Positions 7,792-15,407 of a stretch of 43,159 nucleotides of DNA are shown here, piece after piece. A program made the position numbers and the translations under genes. The stretch is from IMG/VR virus record IMGVR_UViG_3300034104_000606. One strand, 5' to 3'. Under the pieces are notes generated by a model. It searched no databases, was not told the DNA's origin, and saw only the letters and a list, made by a program, of their open reading frames with translations. Source of the DNA: a virus. How positions within the stretch are numbered: position 1 is the first letter of the stretch; every line of letters starts with the position of its first letter.

Positions 7792-8340
7792 ATGGCTACT
7801 GCATCGAAGACTGTTACTGGTGAGTTCCGCACCAAGGTTTACTTCGCCCATGTTCAAGAACCCTCGCAGTTCGGGAACTATGAAGTTAACCTTGCGGTAA
7901 CTCCTGAGATTGAGAAGAAGCTTATCGAACTTCGCCTTGATAAGAAGATCAAGGATGGTAAGGAACGGATCAATGACGGTGGTAAGTATCTTACCCTGCG
8001 TAATCCTGTCGTTGACCTGAAGGGCTTTGAGTCTGAGATGGTTATCATTGATGAGAATGGTAAGCGTACAAAGGCTCTAATCGGTAACGGCTCTGAGTGC
8101 ATTGTTTACTGGCGTTCGTATGATACGCCGAAGTATGGCAAGGTCATCAAGCTTGGCAAGATGATTGACTGGGACGAAGAGAATAAGAAGAAGAAGTTTG
8201 GTACTCTGAAGGTTGTCGAGCTTGTCTCTTACGAGAAGCCTACTGATGAGTTCGCTGCTGCAATTGAAAGCGATCCGTTCCCTCCGTCTGAGAACCTTGA
8301 GGTTAAGCCCCGGTCAGTGGAGTTTGAAATCGAAGCATGA
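7792..8340 (+). CDS. Single-stranded DNA-binding protein, T7 gp2.5-like (DUF2815-type)
   Basis: Start MATASKTVTGEF has a GAGGAAAG SD. IGNGSECIVYW core and acidic C-terminal tail ...SVEFEIEA. Sits after the polymerase. Confidence 0.7.
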   Translation: MATASKTVTGEFRTKVYFAHVQEPSQFGNYEVNLAVTPEIEKKLIELRLDKKIKDGKERINDGGKYLTLRNPVVDLKGFESEMVIIDENGKRTKALIGNGSECIVYWRSYDTPKYGKVIKLGKMIDWDEENKKKKFGTLKVVELVSYEKPTDEFAAAIESDPFPPSENLEVKPRSVEFEIEA

Positions 8341-8603
8341 TCAACTACTACATCCCTGATGAAGTAGAGGTTAAAGATAAGGGGGATTCTGTGGAGTCCC
8401 CCTCCCATTACAACAATGGGACAATCGAGTGTATCGAATACCTCAAAGATAATATGCCCTTCGATAACTACGTTGGTTATCTTGAGGGTAACATGAAGAA
8501 GTATCTCCATCGTTGGAGGTACAAGAAGAAGCCTCTGGAAGATCTTAAGAAAGCACAGTGGTACCTGAACAGACTTTTAAAGGAACTAGAAGATGGACTT
8601 TGA
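8337..8603 (+). CDS. DUF3310-like phage protein (88 aa)
   Basis: SPSHYNNGTIECIEYL motif. ATGA overlap with the SSB stop. Confidence 0.7.
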   Translation: MINYYIPDEVEVKDKGDSVESPSHYNNGTIECIEYLKDNMPFDNYVGYLEGNMKKYLHRWRYKKKPLEDLKKAQWYLNRLLKELEDGL

Positions 8604-8943
8604 TGAGTATCAAGAAAAGGCTTTGACTACCCTGCTGGTTGATACACCAGAGCATCTTACCTATGGCCTTGCCGCTGAGATTGGTGAGGTAATGTCACTG
8701 ATGCAAAAGTATGAGCGTCAGGACAGCAGGTACTGGTCAGACCAGACTGATATGTTTTTCGGGAACTATACCCCGTTGTTTAAGGAGAAGCTCTTTGCTG
8801 AACTGGGAGATGTCCTCTGGTATCTCTCTTGTCTTTGCCAGCATCATGGTTTTCCTCTCTCCTCTGTTGCCCAACACAATCTAGAAAAGCTGGGCATCCG
8901 GGTTAAGAACGGTACTCTTCGTGGGAATGGAGACAATCGCTAA
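8593..8943 (+). CDS. mazG: MazG-like nucleoside triphosphate pyrophosphohydrolase
   Basis: FDEYQEKAL, GLAAEIGEV, ELGDVLWYL and NLEKL motifs typical of the MazG fold. Confidence 0.8.
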   Translation: MDFDEYQEKALTTLLVDTPEHLTYGLAAEIGEVMSLMQKYERQDSRYWSDQTDMFFGNYTPLFKEKLFAELGDVLWYLSCLCQHHGFPLSSVAQHNLEKLGIRVKNGTLRGNGDNR

Positions 8944-9773
8944 TGGCTTCTATCAATACCCTTGTTCAGGATATCTATACTCTCCTTGAAGAGGGTACCA
9001 AGGAAGACATCCACGAAGCTTGCATTGCTTTCGGTAACAGGCTCTCTGCTCTTGTAGAGGATAGGCTGAAGCCAAAGGAAGAAAAGCGTACACTCAGGAT
9101 GTCTAACATTGGTAAGCCTGACAGGATGCTCTGGTATGAGACTAGATCTGATGTACCGAAGGGAGAGTTCAATGGGCCTACCTATCTTAAGTTCCTTTAC
9201 GGAGATCTTATCGAAGAGATTGTACTCTTTCTTGCTGAACTGTCTGGACACAGTGTCAAGGATAGACAGCGTGAAGTGGCTGTTTCTGGAATTGTCGGTC
9301 ATATTGATGCTGTTATCGATGATGTCCTTATTGATGTGAAGAGTACTAATCCCCATTCCTTTAAGAAGTTCAAGGATGGTACCCTTCGTGAGGATGATCC
9401 CTTCGCTTACCTTCCTCAGTTGTCTGGCTACCTCGACGGTACTGGTATTGACAACGGTGCCTTCGTCGCTGTCGATAAACAGAACGGTAACATCACTGTT
9501 ATGACACTAGAAGATGGAGACAGGGTGGATGTTAAAGACAGGATCAGGCATGTTAAAGAAGTTGTCTCTTCTGAAGATATCCCTCCTCGCTGCTTCTCTC
9601 CTGAACCTATGGGTAAGACCGGAAACCTTAAGCTTCCTACTGGTTGTTCTTATTGTCCTTTTAATCTTGAGTGTTGGAAGGATGTTGGACTAAGGAAATT
9701 TATTTACTCGACTGGCCCTGTCTATCTAACTCATGTCGAGAAAGAACCGAATGTCCCTGAGGTTGAACTGTGA
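8943..9773 (+). CDS. PD-(D/E)XK (Cas4/RecB-like) exonuclease with C-terminal 4-Cys cluster
   Basis: GHIDAVIDDVLIDVKS is a D...D/ExK motif. C-terminal cysteines in RCFSP...GCSYCPFNLECW. Confidence 0.8.
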   Translation: MASINTLVQDIYTLLEEGTKEDIHEACIAFGNRLSALVEDRLKPKEEKRTLRMSNIGKPDRMLWYETRSDVPKGEFNGPTYLKFLYGDLIEEIVLFLAELSGHSVKDRQREVAVSGIVGHIDAVIDDVLIDVKSTNPHSFKKFKDGTLREDDPFAYLPQLSGYLDGTGIDNGAFVAVDKQNGNITVMTLEDGDRVDVKDRIRHVKEVVSSEDIPPRCFSPEPMGKTGNLKLPTGCSYCPFNLECWKDVGLRKFIYSTGPVYLTHVEKEPNVPEVEL

Positions 9774-10171
9774 CTTACAAGTATGGTCATTGGGTATCAA
9801 GGGTAAAGATAAACCCAGAAGAATACTTTGGGTTTGTCTACCAGATAACTAATCTGATCACACAAAGAAAGTACATTGGTAAGAAACAGTTCCATTCGTA
9901 TCGTAAGAAGAAGAAAGCAAAGGAGTCAGACTGGCTTACCTACACCTCCTCCTCTAAAGAACTGAACCAAGACATCAAAAACTTTAAGAAGAATAACTTT
10001 AAGTTTGAGATACTTCAGGTTTATAAGACAAGAGGTGGACTGGTATACGGTGAGGCAAACATACAACACAAGCTTGATGTCCTTACTGCCTGTGATCTTC
10101 ATGGAGACAGAGAGTTTTATAACGGACAGATAGGGGCAATCAAGTTTATACCTAAAGAGTTCTACCCTTAG
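9770..10171 (+). CDS. GIY-YIG family endonuclease, catalytic-domain-only (133 aa)
   Basis: GTG start overlaps the upstream TGA. FGFVYQITNLITQRKYIGKK matches the GIY-(10-11)-YIG pattern. AT-rich local composition. Confidence 0.7.
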   Translation: MTYKYGHWVSRVKINPEEYFGFVYQITNLITQRKYIGKKQFHSYRKKKKAKESDWLTYTSSSKELNQDIKNFKKNNFKFEILQVYKTRGGLVYGEANIQHKLDVLTACDLHGDREFYNGQIGAIKFIPKEFYP

Positions 10172-10508
10172 CTCTTTCATAGGTGACAATAGCATGGCAG
10201 TTAGCACAACGTACAACACACTTTCTAATTTCATTTTTGATTTTAGAAATAGACAAACCCCTACCTATCATGGAGGCAATATCCTTTTCTTTTAAACCTA
10301 CCACATGGTCAAATTGCAAAGCAATAGGGTTAGCTGAGTAGCCACAATCGACACAACCGCACATCTTTTTATATCTTCTTGTAAAAGCATGTGCTTTTTC
10401 TCTAGCAATCTTTCTATTTGCTTTTGCTTTTTGTTTGTAGTACTCTTTATTTGCTTGGTAATGCTTCTTGATGTACTCTTTTTGGTATTCAGGGTTATTA
10501 CTAGGCAT
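10152..10508 (-). CDS. HNH homing endonuclease (118 aa)
   Basis: CGCVDCGY...LQFDHV...CANCH motif. AGGAG SD 8 nt upstream. The only minus-strand gene inside the rightward arm. Confidence 0.85.
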   Translation of the reverse strand: MPSNNPEYQKEYIKKHYQANKEYYKQKAKANRKIAREKAHAFTRRYKKMCGCVDCGYSANPIALQFDHVVGLKEKDIASMIGRGLSISKIKNEIRKCVVRCANCHAIVTYERAKGRTL

Positions 10509-10528
10509 TGTTTAACTCCTATGTTAAA

Positions 10529-10606
10529 GGTTCCGTAGCTTAACTGGATAAAGCATCCGTCTTCTAAACGGAAGATCTGTAGGTTCAAGTCCTACCGGGA
10601 CCGCCA
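10529..10606 (+). tRNA. tRNA-Arg (anticodon UCU) with encoded CCA
   Basis: Hand-folded cloverleaf: acceptor GGTTCCG/CGGGACC, D stem GCTT/AAGC, anticodon stem TCCGT/ACGGA, loop CTTCTAA, T arm GTAGG-TTCAAGT-CCTAC, discriminator G, then CCA. The variable region is 6 nt, which is slightly atypical. Confidence 0.85.
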
Positions 10607-10613
10607 TAGGATT

Positions 10614-10642
10614 ATTATACCACACTAGGACTCTAATGTAAA
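10614..10642 (-). promoter_or_regulatory. Extended -10 promoter for the HNH gene, TTTACA-N17-(TGG)TATAAT
   Basis: Minus strand reads TTTACAttagagtcctagtgtggTATAAT. It lies between the two tRNAs and faces tRNA-Arg and the HNH gene. Confidence 0.55.
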
Positions 10643-10661
10643 GAAAGGTTTAGAAGTTAAA

Positions 10662-10736
10662 GCTCCTAAAGCATTGGCGGTGATGCACCGGATTTGTAAC
10701 CCGGATAATTCAGTTCGACTCTGGATAGGAGCACCA
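10662..10736 (+). tRNA. tRNA-Thr (anticodon UGU) with encoded CCA
   Basis: Hand-folded cloverleaf: acceptor GCTCCTA/TAGGAGC, D stem GCAT/ATGC, anticodon stem CCGGA/CCCGG (one A-C mismatch), loop TTTGTAA, T arm TTCAG-TTCGACT-CTGGA, discriminator A, then CCA. 75 nt. Confidence 0.85.
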
Positions 10737-10751
10737 TTCACAGGAGCATAT

Positions 10752-11072
10752 ATGAAGTATCTTCTTATAGTGCTTGCGGTAACAGTGTTTAGTACAAGTG
10801 TTAAAGCTGAAATAGCATCATGGTATGGACCGGGGTTTCATGGTAAGAGGACAGCGAGTGGAGAGATCTTTAATCGTTATGGGTATACTGCTGCTCACCG
10901 GAGTCTTCCTTTCGGGTCTAGGGTTAGGGTATGTAATAGGAGTAAATGCGTCATCGTCAGGATCAATGACCGTGGTCCCTTCATCAAAGGGAGATCTATT
11001 GATCTGTCCGAAGCAGCAGCCCGTAAGATCGGGTGCAAAGGTTTATGTCGTGTAACACTAAGGAGATTGTAA
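10752..11072 (+). CDS. Secreted RlpA-like double-psi beta-barrel (DPBB) protein
   Basis: Start [19 protein letters not shown] is a signal peptide, with an [24 protein letters not shown]...[14 protein letters not shown]...VRINDRGPF is the RlpA DPBB signature. The track's upstream extension overlaps tRNA-Thr. Confidence 0.85.
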   Translation: MKYLLIVLAVTVFSTSVKAEIASWYGPGFHGKRTASGEIFNRYGYTAAHRSLPFGSRVRVCNRSKCVIVRINDRGPFIKGRSIDLSEAAARKIGCKGLCRVTLRRL

Positions 11073-11278
11073 TGACAGCAGACTACCAGAACGACTACAG
11101 AAATATGTATGAAGAACTCCGTGCAGTTGTCCGTCTGTACTTTGAGATCAAGCACGACGATGGTACAGTCTACGATGACTGGGACTGGGAGAAGGCACTA
11201 GAAGAAGTTGAAATTGATCTGATGCTTATGGTCGGTCTTATTGAGGAAGATGATGAAGACGCATTTGGTGATACCTGA
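11072..11278 (+). CDS. Highly acidic small protein (68 aa, 22 Asp/Glu)
   Basis: TAATG coupling with the RlpA-like gene and an AGGAG SD. Ends ...IEEDDEDAFGDT. Confidence 0.65.
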   Translation: MTADYQNDYRNMYEELRAVVRLYFEIKHDDGTVYDDWDWEKALEEVEIDLMLMVGLIEEDDEDAFGDT

Positions 11279-12002
11279 TCCGCATGCTGCACCTGATGAG
11301 GATCTGTCAAGGTTCAGTTACCTTGGTAAGCTCATCACTTCAGTGAAGCCTGATACTGTTATCTGTATCGGTGACTGGGCAGATATGCCTAGCCTCTGTT
11401 CATATGATAAGGGTACGAAGGGCTTTGAAGGTAGACGGTACAGGAAAGATATCGAAGCTTCATGCATGGCACAGGAACTTATGTTCAAGCCTATCAAGGA
11501 AGCGAAGAAGAAGATGCCCCGGTTCATTATGGTAACAGGAAACCATGACTATGCTCGTATTGAAAAGGCTATCCAGAAAGATGCAGTCCTTGACGGAACT
11601 ATCTCCGTACAGGATCTTCAATATGAAGAGTTTGGTTGGGAGACTTACCCTTTTCTGGAACCTGCTGAAGTGGATGGTGTATATTACGCGCACTATTTCC
11701 CAACGGGGGTCATGGGTAGAGCTACAAGTGGTGAACATCAGGCGTACACCCTCCTCACAAAGCAGTTCGTATCCTGTACGCAAGGTCACACTCACACTAG
11801 AGATTTCGCAGAGAGGACTGGACCTGACGGAAGACGGCTTATGGGACTTGTAACTGGCTGTTACATTGACAGGACTCATGAGTATGCTGGTCAGGCAAAT
11901 AAGATGTGGTGGCCGGGTGTTGTCATTAAGCGTGGAGTAAACAACGGACAGTATGACCATGAGTGGATCAGTCTGGATAGGATCAAAGATGAGTTTAAGT
12001 AG
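11250..12002 (+). CDS. Calcineurin-like metallophosphoesterase
   Basis: DPH, GDWAD, GNHD and GHTH motifs in canonical order. Start is ATG 11250 or 11253. Confidence 0.8.
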   Translation: MMKTHLVIPDPHAAPDEDLSRFSYLGKLITSVKPDTVICIGDWADMPSLCSYDKGTKGFEGRRYRKDIEASCMAQELMFKPIKEAKKKMPRFIMVTGNHDYARIEKAIQKDAVLDGTISVQDLQYEEFGWETYPFLEPAEVDGVYYAHYFPTGVMGRATSGEHQAYTLLTKQFVSCTQGHTHTRDFAERTGPDGRRLMGLVTGCYIDRTHEYAGQANKMWWPGVVIKRGVNNGQYDHEWISLDRIKDEFK

Positions 12003-12013
12003 ACGAGGTTACG

Positions 12014-12196
12014 ATGTCGTTCGATCTTAAGCAGCTTATCCTTGATAGGTTCTCTGTCCTTGAACTGGTAGAAATCCTTGACCTAGACCCAGAAGAGTTC
12101 TATGATAGAATGGAAGACATTATTCTGGACAAGCTAGACAAGATAAAAGAGATTGACAATGGGCTGGAGAAAGAAAAATTTTCAGAAGAAGATTAA
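12014..12196 (+). CDS. Highly acidic small protein (60 aa, 20 Asp/Glu)
   Basis: GAGG SD. Product MSFDLKQLILDRFSVLELVEILDLDPEEFYDRMEDIILDKLDK... Confidence 0.7.
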   Translation: MSFDLKQLILDRFSVLELVEILDLDPEEFYDRMEDIILDKLDKIKEIDNGLEKEKFSEED

Positions 12197-12332
12197 GAAC
12201 CGTAGCCCGTATGCAAAGGAACTTGAGGAAGGGCAGTACCGACAAAGAATAAAAGAGTCTGAGAAAACATATAAACGTACAAAGCTGAATGTAAGGAACA
12301 CCTATGAATACGATGAAGAATCTTCCAACTGA
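12159..12332 (+). CDS. Possible ArfA-like (alternative ribosome-rescue factor-like) small basic protein (57 aa)
   Basis: Below the track cutoff. Product MGWRKKNFQKKIKNRSPYAKELEEGQYRQRIKESEKTYKRTKLNVRNTYEYDEESSN. The YRQRI...KTYKRTK segment resembles E. coli ArfA [20 protein letters not shown]. It fills the 107-nt gap before the RNR gene but overlaps both neighbours, and its SD is weak. Confidence 0.35.
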   Translation: MGWRKKNFQKKIKNRSPYAKELEEGQYRQRIKESEKTYKRTKLNVRNTYEYDEESSN

Positions 12333-14232
12333 CTACCAGACTTTTATTGCCACCTCCCGGTACGCACGTTGGATTGAAGATGATAACCGCCGTGAGTCTT
12401 GGGAAGAGACTGTTGATAGGTTCATGGAGAATGTTGTCTATCCTAAAATGCCTGAGACTGAGGAGGCAGTAGCGACTAATACTGCTATCCGTGAGGCTAT
12501 CCTGAACCTTGAGATCATGCCCAGTATGCGGGCCATGATGACTGCTGGCAAGGCTCTGGAGCGTGATAATACTTGTGCCTATAACTGTTCCTACCTCCCT
12601 GTCGATGACATGAAGTCGTTCGATGAGGCTATGTTTATCCTGATGTGTGGTACTGGTGTTGGGTTCAGTGTTGAGCGTCAGTACATCAGCAAGCTTCCTG
12701 AAGTACCGGAGAAGCTCTTCGATTCTCAGACGATGATCGTTGTCTCTGACAGCAAGGAAGGCTGGGCCAAGGCTCTTCGTCAGCTTATCTCTTTGTTGTA
12801 CTCAGGTGAAGTACCGAAGTGGGATATGAGCAAGATCCGCCCTGCTGGTTCTAGGCTGAAGGTCTTTGGTGGCCGTGCTTCTGGTCCTGAACCTCTTGAC
12901 CAGTTGTTCCGCTTTGTTGTCTCCATCTTCCGTAATGCTTCTGGTCGTAAGCTTAGTTCCCTTGAGTGCCATGACATTATGTGCAAGATTGGTGAGGTTG
13001 TCGTAGTCGGCGGTGTTCGTCGCTCTGCCATGATCTCTCTGTCTAACCTGTCTGATGACCGTATGCGCCATGCCAAGACAGGCCAGTTCTGGGAGACAAA
13101 CCCCCAGCGTTCACTGGCTAACAACTCTGTTGCCTATACAGAAAAGCCTGATGCCAGCACCTTCCTCCATGAATGGGCCTCGTTGGTTGACTCTGGTACT
13201 GGTGAGCGTGGTATGTTCTCTCGCGTTGCAGCACAAAAGCATACGGCTAAGAACGGTAGGCGTGATCCTAATCATGAGTTTGGTACGAACCCTTGCTCTG
13301 AGATCATCCTTCGTCCGTACCAGTTCTGTAACCTGACTGAGGTTGTTGTTCGTGCAACAGATAGCATTGAAGATCTGAAGCGTAAGGTAGAACTTGCTAC
13401 GATCCTTGGTACTGTCCAAGCAACGTACACTCACTTCCCCTACCTCCGTAAGATCTGGGCTAAGAACACAGAAGAAGAGCGCCTCCTTGGTGTCAGCCTT
13501 ACTGGTATCATGGATCATGATGTCCTTAATGGTAGGAATCCTTTTGGTCAGCTTCCTGCTGCACTAACTGCCCTGAAGGAAGCAGCGATTAATACAAACA
13601 AGATCTGGGCTGAGAAGCTCGGTATTCCTGTCTCTGCTGCTATTACCTGTGTCAAGCCTTCTGGTACAGTGTCTCAGCTTGTTAACTCTGCTTCTGGTAT
13701 TCACCCCCGGCACAATGACTACTACATCCGCCGTGTCCGTGGTGATAACAAAGACCCGATTACCCAGTTCATGAAGGACATGGGTATTCCTAACGAGCCT
13801 GATATTATGAAGCCTGAGAATACTACGGTGTTCAGCTTCCCTGTAAAAGCTCCTGTCGATGCTGTTACTCGCCATGATCTGGATGCAGAGGAACACCTTG
13901 ACCTGTGGAAGATCTATGCTGAGTTCTGGTGTGAGCATAAGCCTTCGATTACTGTCTCAGTCAAGCCTGATGAGTGGGTATCGGTAGGCTCTTGGTTGTA
14001 CGAGAACTTCAACATCGCCTCTGGTCTTAGCTTCCTTCCTCACTCTGATCATATCTATAAGCAAGCACCGTATGAGGACTGCACTGTTGAAGAGTACGAA
14101 GCCCTCCTTGCTCAGATGCCAGAGACTATTGACTGGTCTAGGTTGTCTGAGTACGAGAAGGAAGATACGACTAAGGCATCTCAGTCCTTGGCCTGTACCG
14201 CTGGTGTTTGTGAAATTGTGGATATTACCTAA
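12304..14232 (+). CDS. nrdJ: Class II (adenosylcobalamin-dependent) ribonucleotide reductase
   Basis: Catalytic NPCSEIILRPYQFCNLTEV motif and C-terminal redox pair CTAGVCEI. 642 aa, consistent with phage class II enzymes. Confidence 0.9.
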   Translation: MNTMKNLPTDYQTFIATSRYARWIEDDNRRESWEETVDRFMENVVYPKMPETEEAVATNTAIREAILNLEIMPSMRAMMTAGKALERDNTCAYNCSYLPVDDMKSFDEAMFILMCGTGVGFSVERQYISKLPEVPEKLFDSQTMIVVSDSKEGWAKALRQLISLLYSGEVPKWDMSKIRPAGSRLKVFGGRASGPEPLDQLFRFVVSIFRNASGRKLSSLECHDIMCKIGEVVVVGGVRRSAMISLSNLSDDRMRHAKTGQFWETNPQRSLANNSVAYTEKPDASTFLHEWASLVDSGTGERGMFSRVAAQKHTAKNGRRDPNHEFGTNPCSEIILRPYQFCNLTEVVVRATDSIEDLKRKVELATILGTVQATYTHFPYLRKIWAKNTEEERLLGVSLTGIMDHDVLNGRNPFGQLPAALTALKEAAINTNKIWAEKLGIPVSAAITCVKPSGTVSQLVNSASGIHPRHNDYYIRRVRGDNKDPITQFMKDMGIPNEPDIMKPENTTVFSFPVKAPVDAVTRHDLDAEEHLDLWKIYAEFWCEHKPSITVSVKPDEWVSVGSWLYENFNIASGLSFLPHSDHIYKQAPYEDCTVEEYEALLAQMPETIDWSRLSEYEKEDTTKASQSLACTAGVCEIVDIT

Positions 14233-14483
14233 TGGATAATGAAGATAAGAAGGTACTGAAGCTGGTACAGAAGAGCAAAGAAAAACCCCCAGAGGAAACT
14301 CCGGGGGTTACTCCTGACGATCTACTGAAGGAAGGGATCGGTAACTATGAAAGTCTGATCCTTGTAGGCTGGTCCGGTGATCACTTTAAAGTGTCATGGA
14401 ACCTTGGTCTTACTCCAGATGAGGTTTATGTTTTGCTTGACCTTGCTAAGTCAAGGCTTCTGGCGAACATGTATGAGTTTTAG
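14232..14483 (+). CDS. Hypothetical protein (83 aa), last gene of the rightward arm
   Basis: TAATG coupling with the RNR stop. Its stop codon overlaps the stop of the convergent gene. Confidence 0.7.
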   Translation: MDNEDKKVLKLVQKSKEKPPEETPGVTPDDLLKEGIGNYESLILVGWSGDHFKVSWNLGLTPDEVYVLLDLAKSRLLANMYEF

Positions 14484-15211
14484 AGTGATCTACCAGAAGA
14501 AGAGATAGCAAATCTCTCTGCCTGTCTTCTTCTCATTCTCTCCAGATTAGTTCTACGCTTCGGCTTTGCCTTAGCAGCAGCATTCTTCTTAGCCATTCCC
14601 ATCTGGTTAACACCAGCAGCCTTCCTCTGGGGCATATAAGCACCCGGAGTCTCAGGTCTACCAGCAACTGTCGTACCAGCCCTCATAGAGGGAGCTTGAG
14701 AACCCTGTCTGGATCTGGGTCCACCACCCTTCGGTGACGGCTGGGTAGCCTTATTAAAAGCCATACCAGAAACTCTACCCTTCATCCGTCTCTGCTCAGT
14801 ATTACGTCTTTCCCAAGCTCTTTCTGCTGCACTACCAGCAGGTCTTGACTCTGTAACCATACCTACAACAGCACTACCTGCACCAAGAAGACCTCTAAGA
14901 CCAACCCTAGCAGTTGTCTTTGCAGTCTCCTTCGCAACAGTCAAAGCTTTACCTGTGCTAGGAGCCTCTACTCTGGCAGGAAGACCAGCCTTTACCGTGG
15001 CTACAGACCTGCCTGTACCTCCAGTACCTCCCATACGGATGGATTCCTGAGGTCTAGCAAGGTTAGGGTTGCCACGAACCTTCTGAACTCTGGCAGGAAC
15101 ACCGCCTCTTGTACCCTTATACGGGCGGTTCTTAGCCTCACCCATTCTCTCAAGAAGAGTACCCTTTGCAGTTCCCATTTTCTTTCTAATTGGTTTTCTA
15201 GGAGCAGCCAT
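14480..15211 (-). CDS. Highly basic, Gly/Ala/Arg/Lys/Pro-rich low-complexity protein (243 aa)
   Basis: Last gene of the leftward arm. MAAPRKPIRKKMGTAKG...AKKNAAAKAKPKRRTNLERMRRRQAERF. Start lies 1 nt after the upstream stop (TAAAATG). Confidence 0.75.
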   Translation of the reverse strand: MAAPRKPIRKKMGTAKGTLLERMGEAKNRPYKGTRGGVPARVQKVRGNPNLARPQESIRMGGTGGTGRSVATVKAGLPARVEAPSTGKALTVAKETAKTTARVGLRGLLGAGSAVVGMVTESRPAGSAAERAWERRNTEQRRMKGRVSGMAFNKATQPSPKGGGPRSRQGSQAPSMRAGTTVAGRPETPGAYMPQRKAAGVNQMGMAKKNAAAKAKPKRRTNLERMRRRQAERFAISSSGRSL

Positions 15212-15212
15212 T

Positions 15213-15407
15213 TTACTTACCTTTCTTCTTCATCTTGCCAAGGGTCATTGCAAGTCTTGCCCTCTGGCCCAGCTTACCCGGCTTCTTAGCAGCCTTCTCA
15301 AGGGCCTTCTTAGGGATCTTCTCACCCTCTTTAACACCCATCTGTTCTCTTAAGGCTCCCGGCTTTTTAATAGCCTTCTTGATCCACTTCTTATCCTTGG
15401 CCATCAC
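15213..15407 (-). CDS. Lys-rich small protein (64 aa; 20 Lys + 3 Arg)
   Basis: ATGA overlap with the upstream gene. Product MMAKDKKWIKKAIKKPGALREQMGVKEGEKIPKKALEKAAKKPGKLGQRARLAMTLGKMKKKGK. Confidence 0.7.
   Translation of the reverse strand: MMAKDKKWIKKAIKKPGALREQMGVKEGEKIPKKALEKAAKKPGKLGQRARLAMTLGKMKKKGK

Noticed and set aside
10674-10751. Upstream extension of the RlpA-like ORF (track start 10674, TTG)
   Set aside because: The extension overlaps tRNA-Thr (10662..10736). The ATG at 10752 has an AGGAG SD and yields a clean signal peptide.
12165-12196. Possible programmed frameshift on the A/T-rich run GAAAAATTTTC, linking the 60-aa acidic ORF to the ArfA-like frame
   Set aside because: The downstream frame is +1, not -1, relative to the acidic ORF. 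The run is not a canonical X XXY YYZ heptamer in the zero frame. An independent ATG at 12159 exists.
14501-14517. Hairpin AGAGAT-AGCAA-ATCTCT near the convergent junction as a bidirectional terminator
   Set aside because: The stem is only 6 bp, AT-rich and has no flanking U/A tracts. It is too weak to call a terminator.
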